This document shows positions 19,700 to 28,780 of a DNA stretch of 39,450 bases, in pieces. How positions within the stretch are numbered: position 1 is the first letter of the stretch; every line of letters starts with the position of its first letter. The notes below the pieces were generated by a model that did no database searches, was not told where the DNA came from, and saw only the letters and a list, made by a program, of their open reading frames with translations. The DNA comes from an uncultured bacterium (GTDB lineage Bacteria; SAR324; NAC60-12). The stretch spans positions 1 through 39,450 of the forward strand of contig CAXGMD010000023.1 of assembly GCA_964010765.1 (NCBI GenBank). Reading direction: 5' to 3'. The translations under genes were made by a program, and so were the position numbers.

Positions 19700-20316
19700 A
19701 GATCCGTTTCTGAGGATGTGGATGAACAGCGCTCCAGCAGTCGTAGTAGGTAGCGCTCAGCATTCAGTTGTTGCTGGATTTGTTTGCAGAACGTAGTGTC
19801 AGGTGTATTTTCTTTCAGTTCTATCAGTTGCTGTTGATAGTTATGTTGCAGGTCATTCAGGCGCTGCAGAAAATCTGCGTGTTTCGTTGCCAGTGCTTGC
19901 TGATCTTTGGCCTCCAGCAATTCCTCTAGTTCTTCTTGCAACGCAAACATCTCCTGCAAAAATCCAGTCGGTAGGTCGCGCTCATGAGTGGGTGTCTTTG
20001 ATTTCCAGACCCCCATGAGGTATTGGGCGCGTGCTGTTGAGTTTTGTAAGGTCTGCCATGCCTGATTGAGCCGAGCAGATAAGCCCTCACTGAGTCGGCG
20101 CTCGGCAACCGTTGCTGTCGCAAAGAAATCAGGGTGCAACTCAGCAGCAAGCTCGTGGTAACTCCGTTCCAAAGATTTTAAGTCCACATCATAGCGCGGT
20201 GGTAAACCGAAAACCGAAAAATAATCAGTCTGTAAACCGCTGGACTGTAGCTGCTGACAGGCACCACACCAGAGCGTGCTCTGCAAAGGTTTTTGACAGT
20301 GAGAACAAAAAGGCAT
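19696..20316 (-). CDS. hscB: Fe-S co-chaperone HscB with N-terminal CxxC..CxxC motif
   Basis: J-domain (DYFSVFGL, LHPDFF, LNQAWQTL, RAQYL) and FLQEMF. ATG 20316 start gives MPFCSHC...WCGAC. Confidence 0.9.
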   Translation of the reverse strand: MPFCSHCQKPLQSTLWCGACQQLQSSGLQTDYFSVFGLPPRYDVDLKSLERSYHELAAELHPDFFATATVAERRLSEGLSARLNQAWQTLQNSTARAQYLMGVWKSKTPTHERDLPTGFLQEMFALQEELEELLEAKDQQALATKHADFLQRLNDLQHNYQQQLIELKENTPDTTFCKQIQQQLNAERYLLRLLERCSSTSSETDL

Positions 20317-20349
20317 GGAGTGAATCAGGGAAGAAATCCGGTGTGGGTG

Positions 20350-20373
20350 AGGAGACTCATTAGTGAGTCTCCT
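20350..20373. repeat. Perfect 10-bp inverted repeat between iscU and hscB
   Basis: AGGAGACTCA-TTAG-TGAGTCTCCT. Confidence 0.7.
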
Positions 20374-20383
20374 GCAGATACAA

Positions 20384-20788
20384 TCAGGCAGAAGCAGTAG
20401 ATTCTGAGGAGGTCTCTTGTCGCTTTCGATAATCCTGAATAGCGGCCTTGATGGCATCTTCGGCCAGCACAGAACAGTGGATTTTGACGGGAGGTAGGGA
20501 AAGTTCTTCCACGATCTCGGTGTTCTGAATTGCTAATGCTTCATCCAATGTTTTGCCTTTGACCCATTCAGTAGCCAGGCTAGAACTGGCAATTGCAGAA
20601 CCGCAGCCGAAGGTCTTGAATTTCGCATCGACAATCTTTTCGTTTTCCACCTTGATCTGCAGTTTCATCACATCTCCACACTCAGGTGCCCCGACCAGTC
20701 CAGTACCAACCTGGTCGTCACTCTTCGCGAAACTACCTACGTTGCGTGGTTCATTGTAGTGGTCAATTACTTTTTCACTGTATGCCAT
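20384..20788 (-). CDS. iscU: Fe-S cluster scaffold protein
   Basis: MAYSEKVIDHY, GAPECGD, FGCGSAIAS, LPPVKIHCS. Confidence 0.98.
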   Translation of the reverse strand: MAYSEKVIDHYNEPRNVGSFAKSDDQVGTGLVGAPECGDVMKLQIKVENEKIVDAKFKTFGCGSAIASSSLATEWVKGKTLDEALAIQNTEIVEELSLPPVKIHCSVLAEDAIKAAIQDYRKRQETSSESTASA

Positions 20789-20853
20789 CTTGAATCTCCT
20801 TGTTAAGCGGGAATGCTAGTTGGAAAAATTTATGGGTTCGTTGTCCATTTTGA

Positions 20854-22068
20854 TCAATGTGGTGTCCAGTTGACGGTCGAGAGGTCAATACCTTCCTGAA
20901 CCATCTCGTAAAGTGGGGACATGTCTCGTAGCCGCTTGACAGCAAAGATCATTTTGTCCGCTGTGTAGTCGATCTCTTCTTCGGTGGTGAAGCGGCCCAC
21001 TCCAAAGCGAATGGAAGAGTGTGCTAGGTCATCTCCCACCCCAAGTGCCCTGAGCACATAGGAAGGCTCAAGGCTAGCGGAGGTACAGGCTGAGCCGGAA
21101 GAAACTGCAATGTCGCTGATTCCCATGATCAGGCTCTCGCCTTCAACGTAGCCAAAACTGACGTTGAGATTGTTGGGCAGTCGTTGTGTTGGGTGGCCAT
21201 TGAGCTTGATGTGATCCAACTCGGCTTGCAGTCGCTGATGCAAACGCTCACGCAGGGCGGTCTGTCGCTCTGCCTCAGATTCCATTTCATCGCGGCAGAG
21301 TTCGAGGGCTTTGGCAAAACCAACAATGCCAGGTACGTTCAGAGTGCCAGAGCGCATCCCACGCTCATGTCCACCACCGAACATGATGGGAGACAAGCGC
21401 ACTCGTGGTCTCTTGCGGCGAACATAGAGTGCACCCACACCCTTAGGGCCGTACATCTTATGGGCAGTGAAGGAAAGCAGATCGATATTCATCTGCTCGA
21501 CATCTAGTGGAATCTTCCCAACGGCCTGAGTAGCATCTGTGTGGAAGAGGACTCCATGCTTTCGAGTGATTTTGCCAATTTCTTCCAGAGGATTGAGCGT
21601 GCCGATTTCATTATTGCCAGCCATCAAGGACACCAGAATCGTGTCGGGACGAATCGACTTTTCCAGTTGTTCCAAAGAAATACAGCCATCATCATCGACA
21701 TCCAGAAAGGTTACATCATAACCACGCTGTTCCAAGGCTTGGCAGGGGTCAATCACGGCCTTGTGTTCAATAGGACTGGTGATGATGTGTCGGCCTTTCT
21801 CCTTGTAGAAATCTGCTACACCTAGAATAGCCAGATTGTTGGACTCTGTCGCGCCACTGGTCAGAACAATCTCTCGCCCGCCACCTCCAATGGTTTCACC
21901 AAGTAGATCACGTGCTTTCTCTACTGCTTGCTCAGCTTCCCAACCAAATTGGTGGTTTCGGCTGGCTGCGTTGCCATACGTTTGAGTAAAGTATGGCATC
22001 ATGGTTTCTACTACACGTGGATCAGTAGGAGCCGTAGCATTGTAATCAAGATAGATGGGGAATTTCAT
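20854..22068 (-). CDS. iscS: Cysteine desulfurase
   Basis: [25 protein letters not shown] (PLP Lys), SSGSACTS. Confidence 0.97.
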   Translation of the reverse strand: MKFPIYLDYNATAPTDPRVVETMMPYFTQTYGNAASRNHQFGWEAEQAVEKARDLLGETIGGGGREIVLTSGATESNNLAILGVADFYKEKGRHIITSPIEHKAVIDPCQALEQRGYDVTFLDVDDDGCISLEQLEKSIRPDTILVSLMAGNNEIGTLNPLEEIGKITRKHGVLFHTDATQAVGKIPLDVEQMNIDLLSFTAHKMYGPKGVGALYVRRKRPRVRLSPIMFGGGHERGMRSGTLNVPGIVGFAKALELCRDEMESEAERQTALRERLHQRLQAELDHIKLNGHPTQRLPNNLNVSFGYVEGESLIMGISDIAVSSGSACTSASLEPSYVLRALGVGDDLAHSSIRFGVGRFTTEEEIDYTADKMIFAVKRLRDMSPLYEMVQEGIDLSTVNWTPH

Positions 22069-22083
22069 GAGTCCTTCTTATTA

Positions 22084-22500
22084 TCAAACAGGTTGCAATT
22101 CATGATTCTGGATCAAGTTTTCCAAGGTGACTGACTCCATAAACTCGTACAAGCGACCATGCAGTGCTTGTAAAGGAGTTTGTGTTGGACAGGTGGCAGA
22201 GACTCGACATTCTGAGGGTTCGTGGGCACACTCGACAAAGTTGAAGGGACCATCAATAACCCTGACAATTTCTGCGAGAGAAATTTGGTTGGCTTGACGC
22301 TGTAACACATAGCCACCTTGTACTCCACGTGTACTTTCTACCAATTGTGATGCTGCTAATTGCTTCAATATATTAGCAATCATTGGTTGCGGTAGGTGAT
22401 AGTGAGAAGACACCTCTTGAGCACTAATCGGTCCAGAGGCCTCGCCTAGGTGGCTTAGCAGAATGATGGCGTAATCTACTTTCTTCGAGAGTCGAAGCAT
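22084..22500 (-). CDS. iscR: Rrf2-family transcriptional regulator (IscR-like)
   Basis: LVESTRGVQGGYVL winged helix, three Cys (ECAHEPSECRVSATC), first gene of the isc operon. Confidence 0.75.
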   Translation of the reverse strand: MLRLSKKVDYAIILLSHLGEASGPISAQEVSSHYHLPQPMIANILKQLAASQLVESTRGVQGGYVLQRQANQISLAEIVRVIDGPFNFVECAHEPSECRVSATCPTQTPLQALHGRLYEFMESVTLENLIQNHELQPV

Positions 22501-22528
22501 AGGATATCCGAAAAAATTAGTTTCCTCT

Positions 22529-22558
22529 AAAATAGCACTGGCTTGGTACGCTTTTCAA
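22529..22558 (-). promoter_or_regulatory. Putative sigma70 promoter of isc operon
   Basis: Minus strand TTGAAA, 18 bp, TATTTT with TG-n extended -10. Confidence 0.4.
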
Positions 22559-22615
22559 GTAGCAATTCGTATTGATCTGTTACGGATTGCTGGAAAAGAT
22601 CACCTGGCAGCCAAA

Positions 22616-22631
22616 TGTTTCACGTGGAACA
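22616..22631. promoter_or_regulatory. parS site (ParB binding)
   Basis: TGTTTCACGTGGAACA, one change from consensus TGTTTCACGTGAAACA. Confidence 0.88.
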
Positions 22632-22660
22632 CTAGGCTAAATGAAGGGAAACCAGCGAGA

Positions 22661-22676
22661 TGTTTCACGTGAAACA
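22661..22676. promoter_or_regulatory. parS site (perfect consensus)
   Basis: TGTTTCACGTGAAACA inside a 24-bp perfect palindrome (22657-22680). Confidence 0.92.
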
Positions 22677-22720
22677 TCTCCTCAATGTTAAGTATATTTT
22701 TTAAACTTAGCGGTTGGAAA

Positions 22721-24517
22721 TCAGGAAGTAGCGATTTTGGCTGCATCAGCGTAGTCGGCAAAATGAGCCCGAAACTGCATTTGATGTAGTTGTTCGTAAC
22801 GTCCACCTAAAGCGAGTAATTCATCGTGAGAACCCATTTCAATGATCTCGCCTTTCTCCATCACGCAAATACGATGGGCATGTCGGATAGTTGAGAGGCG
22901 ATGAGCAATCACGATTGTAGTACGATTCTGCATCAGGCGTTCGATAGCCTGCTGAACCTCAATTTCTGATTCGGAATCCAAAGCCGAAGTAGCCTCATCA
23001 AGAATTAGGATTGGTGCATCTTTGACTAGGGCCCTAGCTATTGACAGACGTTGCCGTTGCCCTCCCGAAAGCTTGACACCTTTTTCTCCGATCATTGTGT
23101 CGTAGCCGTGGGGTTGTTGAAGGATGAACTGGTGAGCGTTGGCAGCCATAGCTGCGTCGATCATCCTATCTTGGGAACACTCCGGGTGACCGTAGGTGAT
23201 ATTGTTGGCAATGCTATCGTTGAATAGAATCGTTTCTTGGGTCACTACTGCGATTTGGGAGCGTAGGCTGTGCAAATCCAGTTCTCGCAGATCATGGCCA
23301 TCGATACGAATGGCGCCTTCGTCAATATCGTGGAAACGTGGCAATAGATTAACCATCGTCGTTTTACCAGAACCACTGCTGCCAACCAGCGCAACGACTT
23401 CACCACGATCAACGTATAAATTAATGTTTTGCAGTGTTGGCTCTTCGGCCAGTGGATACTGAAAGCGGTCGATTTTCAGATCGATACCTTTTTCGAAGTG
23501 CTGCAACTTGACGGCGTTGGGAGGAGAAACAATCTCTGCTTCAGTGTCCATAATTTCAAAAATGCGCTTGATCGAGGCTGCACCCTCTTGGAGTCGCAAA
23601 TTGAAACCATTTAATTTTTTGATCGGATCATTGAGCATGAAGAAACTGAGAATAAACGAAGTGAAGTCACCTGCCGTGATCTGTCCATGAATAATTAAGT
23701 AACCACCGTGCGCCACGATGGTTGCTCCAGCAGCAGCTCCAATCACTTCGATGACGGGTGTGGAATAAGAACTGATCAGAATGGATCGCATTTGATTGTT
23801 ATAGAGTCGCTCATTGGCTTCATCAAAGCGCTTGGATTCGTACTTTTCCATTCCAAAAGCTTTAACGACACGAATTCCGGAGATTGTCTCCATCAGCAGA
23901 GTACTCAAGTCACTGAAACTTAGCTGACGGTCATTTACAGCCTCGCTGTTGCGCTTGCCAAAGATTTGAATGAAATAGAGCGCAATCGGAATGATGACCA
24001 GTGTGGTCAGCGACAATTCCCAACTCCGATAAAGCATCAGGCCCAGCAACAAAAATATCTGTGGGAAATCACGAAAAGGTCCGGTCACTCCAACATGCAA
24101 CGTATTCTGGAAAGTATTGAGATCATTGGTGAAGCGCGACATCAAGTCGCCAGTTTTGGAGCGGGAGTAGAAGGAAAAACTGAGTGTGAGTAGGTGATCG
24201 AAGAGATCCTGCCGCAGCCTGGTTAACAATTTTTGGATTAGATGACCCAACCCGTAGTTGTTTCCAAAGTGGAAGGCACCCTTGAAGAAAAAAATCAGAA
24301 TCAGGCCAAAGCCCACCAGAAAAAATTGACTTAGTTCCGGTTTATCTCCGTAAGCAAGGGCGTCAACAATATCCTTGGCATAGTAGGCAGGCGCTGCGGA
24401 GAAGATGTTGTAGCCACCCATGCAGAGAATGCTGAAAATCACCCATCCCTTGAAGGGTGCGACCAGATTCCACAGGCGGAGATAAATATTTTTTGGTGAG
24501 GGCTTCCAGGAACTCAT
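22721..24517 (-). CDS. msbA: MsbA-like lipid A export ABC transporter (TMD + NBD)
   Basis: Six-TM domain, GSSGSGKTT, LSGGQRQR, ILILDEATSALD, IAHRLST. Confidence 0.75.
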   Translation of the reverse strand: MSSWKPSPKNIYLRLWNLVAPFKGWVIFSILCMGGYNIFSAAPAYYAKDIVDALAYGDKPELSQFFLVGFGLILIFFFKGAFHFGNNYGLGHLIQKLLTRLRQDLFDHLLTLSFSFYSRSKTGDLMSRFTNDLNTFQNTLHVGVTGPFRDFPQIFLLLGLMLYRSWELSLTTLVIIPIALYFIQIFGKRNSEAVNDRQLSFSDLSTLLMETISGIRVVKAFGMEKYESKRFDEANERLYNNQMRSILISSYSTPVIEVIGAAAGATIVAHGGYLIIHGQITAGDFTSFILSFFMLNDPIKKLNGFNLRLQEGAASIKRIFEIMDTEAEIVSPPNAVKLQHFEKGIDLKIDRFQYPLAEEPTLQNINLYVDRGEVVALVGSSGSGKTTMVNLLPRFHDIDEGAIRIDGHDLRELDLHSLRSQIAVVTQETILFNDSIANNITYGHPECSQDRMIDAAMAANAHQFILQQPHGYDTMIGEKGVKLSGGQRQRLSIARALVKDAPILILDEATSALDSESEIEVQQAIERLMQNRTTIVIAHRLSTIRHAHRICVMEKGEIIEMGSHDELLALGGRYEQLHQMQFRAHFADYADAAKIATS

Positions 24518-24535
24518 GCAGCTTAATTTAGAGAT

Positions 24536-25969
24536 TTAGGAAATTTCCCAGGTAGTGCCGTCCTTGCTGTCCTGCAGTTCAATTCCTAGCTCCTGGAGTC
24601 GTTGGCGAATCAGATCAGCTCGAGCAAAGTCCTTCTGTTGACGGAAGTCACGACGTAGTTCCAGCAACAGATTGATGGTCTGCTCAAGCAATTCTGGGCT
24701 GTGAGTGGTTGACTCAGTCTCAGGGAGCAGTCCCAAGACATCCCCGGCTAATTGTTGGAACAGATTCAGTGCATCAGCGAGCACTTCTGTTGCAGTATTT
24801 TCTTGCTGAAGCAGGCGGTGGACTTCATGGATCAATTCGAAGAGTACGGCAAGGGCTTGTGGTGTGGAGAAGTCATCGTCCATTACCTCACAGAATCGCT
24901 TGCGGTACTGCTGAAGATGCTGGCCAGGGGCAGAAAAATCTGTGGGAACCTTGCGCTGTAGGGTTCTAACTGTTTGTTGCAGGCGCTGTAGGGAAGTCTC
25001 TGCGCCTTGCAGGGCAGAATCACTGAAGTCCAGCACAGAGCCATAGTGTCCAGCAACAATGAAGTAGCGGAGCACCAATGGATCGTATGTTTGAAATGCG
25101 TCTTCCAGTGTGATGAAATTTCCTAGAGATTTAGCCATCTTCTGCCCGTTGATCGTCAGAAGGTTGGCATGCAACCAATAGCGTGCGTAGTCATGGCCAA
25201 GTGCTCTTGCCTGGGCTAGTTCACATTCATGATGGGGGAACTTGAGATCCATGCCTCCACCATGAATGTCAAAGGCGTTGCCCAAATAGCGCATGCTCAT
25301 CGCAACACATTCCGTATGCCATCCAGGAAATCCTTCTTGGCCTAGACAGTCTCGCCAGCGCATCAGATGATCAGGTTCTGCATGCTTCCAGAGCGCAAAG
25401 TCCCGAGGATCTTTTTTCTCATTACGCACAGCCACCCGAGTACCGCTCAGCATATCTTCTCCCTTGCGACCGGAGAGAGTGCCGTATCCGGAATCCTGAG
25501 AAACGTCAAAGTAGATCGACCCGTTTCGTTCGTAGGCTTTCCCCTGAGCGAGTAGCGTTTCGATCAACTGTAGTTGCTCCGGAATATGTCCCGTTGCCCG
25601 CGGTGAGATGTCGGGTCGCTTAACCTGCAGACGGTCCATCATCGCAAAGTGTCGACAGGTGTAGTGTTCTACGATTGCCATCGGCTGACGGTTGATTTCC
25701 CGGGCTTTTTGCAGCACCTTGTCGGCACCATCGTCTTCATCTCCAACCAGATGACCCACATCCGTGATATTTTGGATGTAGGTTACCGTGTAGCCACAGA
25801 ACCGTAGGTAGCGTACGATCACATCGAAACTGACATAGGTCTTGGCATGGCCTAGGTGAGGGTCACCATAAACTGTGGGACCGCAGACGTAGAGACCAAC
25901 GTGACCTGGCAGCACGGTTTCAAAGTCTTCTTTTTGTCTGCTCAGACTGTTGGTGAGGCGAAGGGGCAT
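24536..25969 (-). CDS. cysS: Cysteine--tRNA ligase
   Basis: [46 protein letters not shown]. Confidence 0.97.
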   Translation of the reverse strand: MPLRLTNSLSRQKEDFETVLPGHVGLYVCGPTVYGDPHLGHAKTYVSFDVIVRYLRFCGYTVTYIQNITDVGHLVGDEDDGADKVLQKAREINRQPMAIVEHYTCRHFAMMDRLQVKRPDISPRATGHIPEQLQLIETLLAQGKAYERNGSIYFDVSQDSGYGTLSGRKGEDMLSGTRVAVRNEKKDPRDFALWKHAEPDHLMRWRDCLGQEGFPGWHTECVAMSMRYLGNAFDIHGGGMDLKFPHHECELAQARALGHDYARYWLHANLLTINGQKMAKSLGNFITLEDAFQTYDPLVLRYFIVAGHYGSVLDFSDSALQGAETSLQRLQQTVRTLQRKVPTDFSAPGQHLQQYRKRFCEVMDDDFSTPQALAVLFELIHEVHRLLQQENTATEVLADALNLFQQLAGDVLGLLPETESTTHSPELLEQTINLLLELRRDFRQQKDFARADLIRQRLQELGIELQDSKDGTTWEIS

Positions 25970-26280
25970 GGGCTTTTTACTAAAGTGTACTGCGGTCGAA
26001 AGCCAGATAGCTTAACGATAAGAACAGAAAGTTGTCAGGTTTTTTCGAAGGTAGGAATGGTACACGGCGATCAGAAGGCTGACTTAATAAATTGGATCCA
26101 TTTGGGATAGAAGATCCAACTCCATCCAGATGCCATCGTAAATCACCAAGCTTTGAATTTTTAAGAGGCGTGGCCTTGATGACTGCCAGGCTGGTTTTAG
26201 ATTGCATTTCTGTATTTTCTCTATCGCTGTTCGCCTACTTCCTGTGGCGGATGGTGATTCGGCAATCTCTCTCACCAACT

Positions 26281-26862
26281 CTAGCGGGGGAGCTTCGAGA
26301 AATTAGATTTATCTGGGTAGGAACTCTTGGGGGAGTGCATCCCGTTCTTGTGTAGCATCGAGGTTAAAATCAGATTTTCTAGGCGTTCATCTGCCTGCAA
26401 AATACGCAGGATTGCGCCAAGGTCAGAGTAGCCCAGATGCTTTTGGAGAATTCGTTCGTAAAGTTGCTTGGTCTGTTCTGGTAACTCTTGACCACTTTGT
26501 GTCTCTGTGGCGACAATTTCCTGAGCAATCTGTGTCAGCAATTCAGGCTGTTCCTCGATCCGACGTCGGAAGGTGCCAAAAATTTCCTCTTTGAAAACAT
26601 CAATCAGCAGCAAAGAAACCCGCTCTCCTGAATCGTTCTGATCCAATTCGAAATGCTCAATCAGTCGCTGTCGCAAATGCTCTAGAATTCGTCCCTGCAA
26701 CAGGTTACAGAGGAGATGTTTTAGCGTTTGTTCGTCGTGTCCGCCGTTCGGGTCGGATCGCTCCAGCATCTGCAGACACTCTGCGAGTCCGCGTGTGTAG
26801 GGGCTTACCTGGTAAGTTGAAGAAGAATTATCCGGAGGTTGGGCAGCTTCCAGATGGGGCAT
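26281..26862 (-). CDS. Hypothetical all-alpha protein
   Basis: Open frame of about 190-207 aa with protein-like composition and no recognised motif. Start is 26862 or 26904. Confidence 0.6.
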   Translation of the reverse strand: MPHLEAAQPPDNSSSTYQVSPYTRGLAECLQMLERSDPNGGHDEQTLKHLLCNLLQGRILEHLRQRLIEHFELDQNDSGERVSLLLIDVFKEEIFGTFRRRIEEQPELLTQIAQEIVATETQSGQELPEQTKQLYERILQKHLGYSDLGAILRILQADERLENLILTSMLHKNGMHSPKSSYPDKSNFSKLPR

Positions 26863-27336
26863 GTTTTCTTCCCCGTGCATCACCACTATTAGGCTGGGGT
26901 CCATTCCCCTCTGGAAAATTTACAAGAGAGGAGAGACATGGTTGTATGCAAAGCTGGTTTTCCGTAGAAGAATCGTTTTGCGCCTTCCACGGATCTTGTG
27001 ATTGATGTGCAAAACTCATCTTCTCTAGCGATCCCCCTCCCAACTTGCAAGATTTACAGAAGAGGTTGTTTTTTCGAGAAGATTAAAGGCAGTGGCTACA
27101 GAGCAAGAAACTAGTATGTGACAGATAGAAATTGTGCGTTGGCTGGGTTGCAAAGCCCAGTAGCGGCCGAATTCTAAATACCTCTGAAACGTATATGTGA
27201 GGCTGCAAAGCTGGTTCCAAAGGAGGGTGTATAGAAAAGTTACGAAATTTTGACTGATTTTCCGCTTGAAAGCGATTTTGCTTGAGCGCAACCTCACGCA
27301 ATCAACTGTTTTTTTCATCACCGTCATGAGTTTCAT

Positions 27337-28017
27337 ATGGTGTACCTCTTTCTGCTAGCGATCCCAATTGTTGGACTGCTGGTCATCCGAGCGTTCTATC
27401 GCGATTTTGCAGGCCTGGGAGAATGGCTCTGGTTTCAGGATGAGTACGACGCAATCAGCCAGAGCATTGATCAGTTTGGCCAGTCAAGTTATTTGTATAT
27501 TCAGGCCATCCACATCATTGGTGTAGTGGTCTGGTTTGCGGGGCTATTTTACATCGGAAGATTGTTCGTCTATCACAAGGAAGCTTCCCGTCGCCCAGAG
27601 CCGGAACGCAAGATTCTAGAAGAGCAATTTACGATCATGGAACGCCGCCTTTGGTACGCAATTACGTGGCCTGGGCTGTGCATCACAATGGCTTTCGGTA
27701 CGCTGATGTTACTCTACATTGGCCTGCCGCCATGGATCCATTCCAAGCTGGGCTTGGTGGTTTTGCTGGTTGGTTATCACCTCTACTGTGGACGGCTAAG
27801 AAGACAACTGGAGGAAGGCACTTGCCGCTGGAACGGACGCCTGTTGCGTATGTTCAATGAGGTGCCCGCACTTTTGCTGGTAGCGATCGTTTTCATCGTC
27901 GTACTCAAAGATCTCTTGTCTTGGACGGTCCTGCTGATAATCTTAGTGTTGTTAGCAATCTCCATCTTGGTGACGATCAAATGGTATGCGCGCTATCGAA
28001 AGAGTGTAGCCCTTTGA
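27337..28017 (+). CDS. hemJ: Protoporphyrinogen oxidase HemJ (with extra N-terminal segment)
   Basis: AIHIIGVVVWFAGLFYIGRLFVYH, MERRLW, WIHSKL, RMFNEVP. Confidence 0.9.
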   Translation: MVYLFLLAIPIVGLLVIRAFYRDFAGLGEWLWFQDEYDAISQSIDQFGQSSYLYIQAIHIIGVVVWFAGLFYIGRLFVYHKEASRRPEPERKILEEQFTIMERRLWYAITWPGLCITMAFGTLMLLYIGLPPWIHSKLGLVVLLVGYHLYCGRLRRQLEEGTCRWNGRLLRMFNEVPALLLVAIVFIVVLKDLLSWTVLLIILVLLAISILVTIKWYARYRKSVAL

Positions 28018-28078
28018 GATGCTTCAGCGAAATACCGTTGTCCTCTCCCTACCGCAAACCCTAAAACACAATCTGATC

Positions 28079-28780
28079 ATGAATTGGATCGTTCCAATGC
28101 AACGCCTGTTGGGAACTCTGCTGCTGGCTCTGCTACTCAGCAATTGCAGTGGTCTGTTCGAAAGTGAAGCTGAGCGCCAACAGCGTCTAGCCCAACACTT
28201 CGAGCAGGGTATGCGCCTATTTGAGCAGAAAGAATACACAGGCGCAGTGGAATCCTTCCGACAAGTTCCTCCAGAGTCTGCGCTGTACAATCGCTCACTG
28301 GCCATGATCCGTCGCGTTCCTTACCAACGAGGGCGAGACGCTTACGAAGAGCAACGTTATGCAGATGCCAGTCGTCAGTTTCGTGCAGTTCCGGTTTCAG
28401 CATCTGAGTATGGTGATGCACAGAACTACCTGCGTGAAATAGAGATGATTCGCATTGAACAGCAGTACCGTGAATCCCGTGGAGATCGCAGGCGTGAATT
28501 GCTCAGCCAGTTGGTGCAGAAGTCTCGTGAGAATTCAGACGCCAAACGTTTGGATGAGCTGTTGGAACGTGGTCGCAAAGAAATGATGGGTTCGATGCCA
28601 GCTGAGCAACGAGCCTGGCTTGCCTGGTTCCGTGAGACAATGGAAGGAGAAACTTCGCGCACCGTCCGTCAGCAGATGCTGGAAGAGATGATGCAGAATT
28701 TCGAGCAGTTTGCTGCTGAACCAACCACTCGGGCTGAAGCGATCGAGTTGGTCGCTAATCTAAAGCTTAGCCTACAATGA
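28079..28780 (+). CDS. TPR-like lipoprotein
   Basis: Lipobox LLLSNC after ATG 28079. Two internal helical repeats (EQGMRLFEQKEYTGAVESFRQVP / QRGRDAYEEQRYADASRQFRAVP). Confidence 0.7.
   Translation: MNWIVPMQRLLGTLLLALLLSNCSGLFESEAERQQRLAQHFEQGMRLFEQKEYTGAVESFRQVPPESALYNRSLAMIRRVPYQRGRDAYEEQRYADASRQFRAVPVSASEYGDAQNYLREIEMIRIEQQYRESRGDRRRELLSQLVQKSRENSDAKRLDELLERGRKEMMGSMPAEQRAWLAWFRETMEGETSRTVRQQMLEEMMQNFEQFAAEPTTRAEAIELVANLKLSLQ

Noticed and set aside
22600..22806. 68-aa minus-strand ORF containing MFHVKH/FHVKH twice
   Set aside because: These peptides are simply the translation of the two parS palindromes, so it is not a gene
26084..26355. Short ORFs between cysS and the hypothetical gene (87 aa +, 64 and 75 aa -)
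   Set aside because: Mutually overlapping, the + ORF runs 75 nt into the convergent gene, and none has clear support
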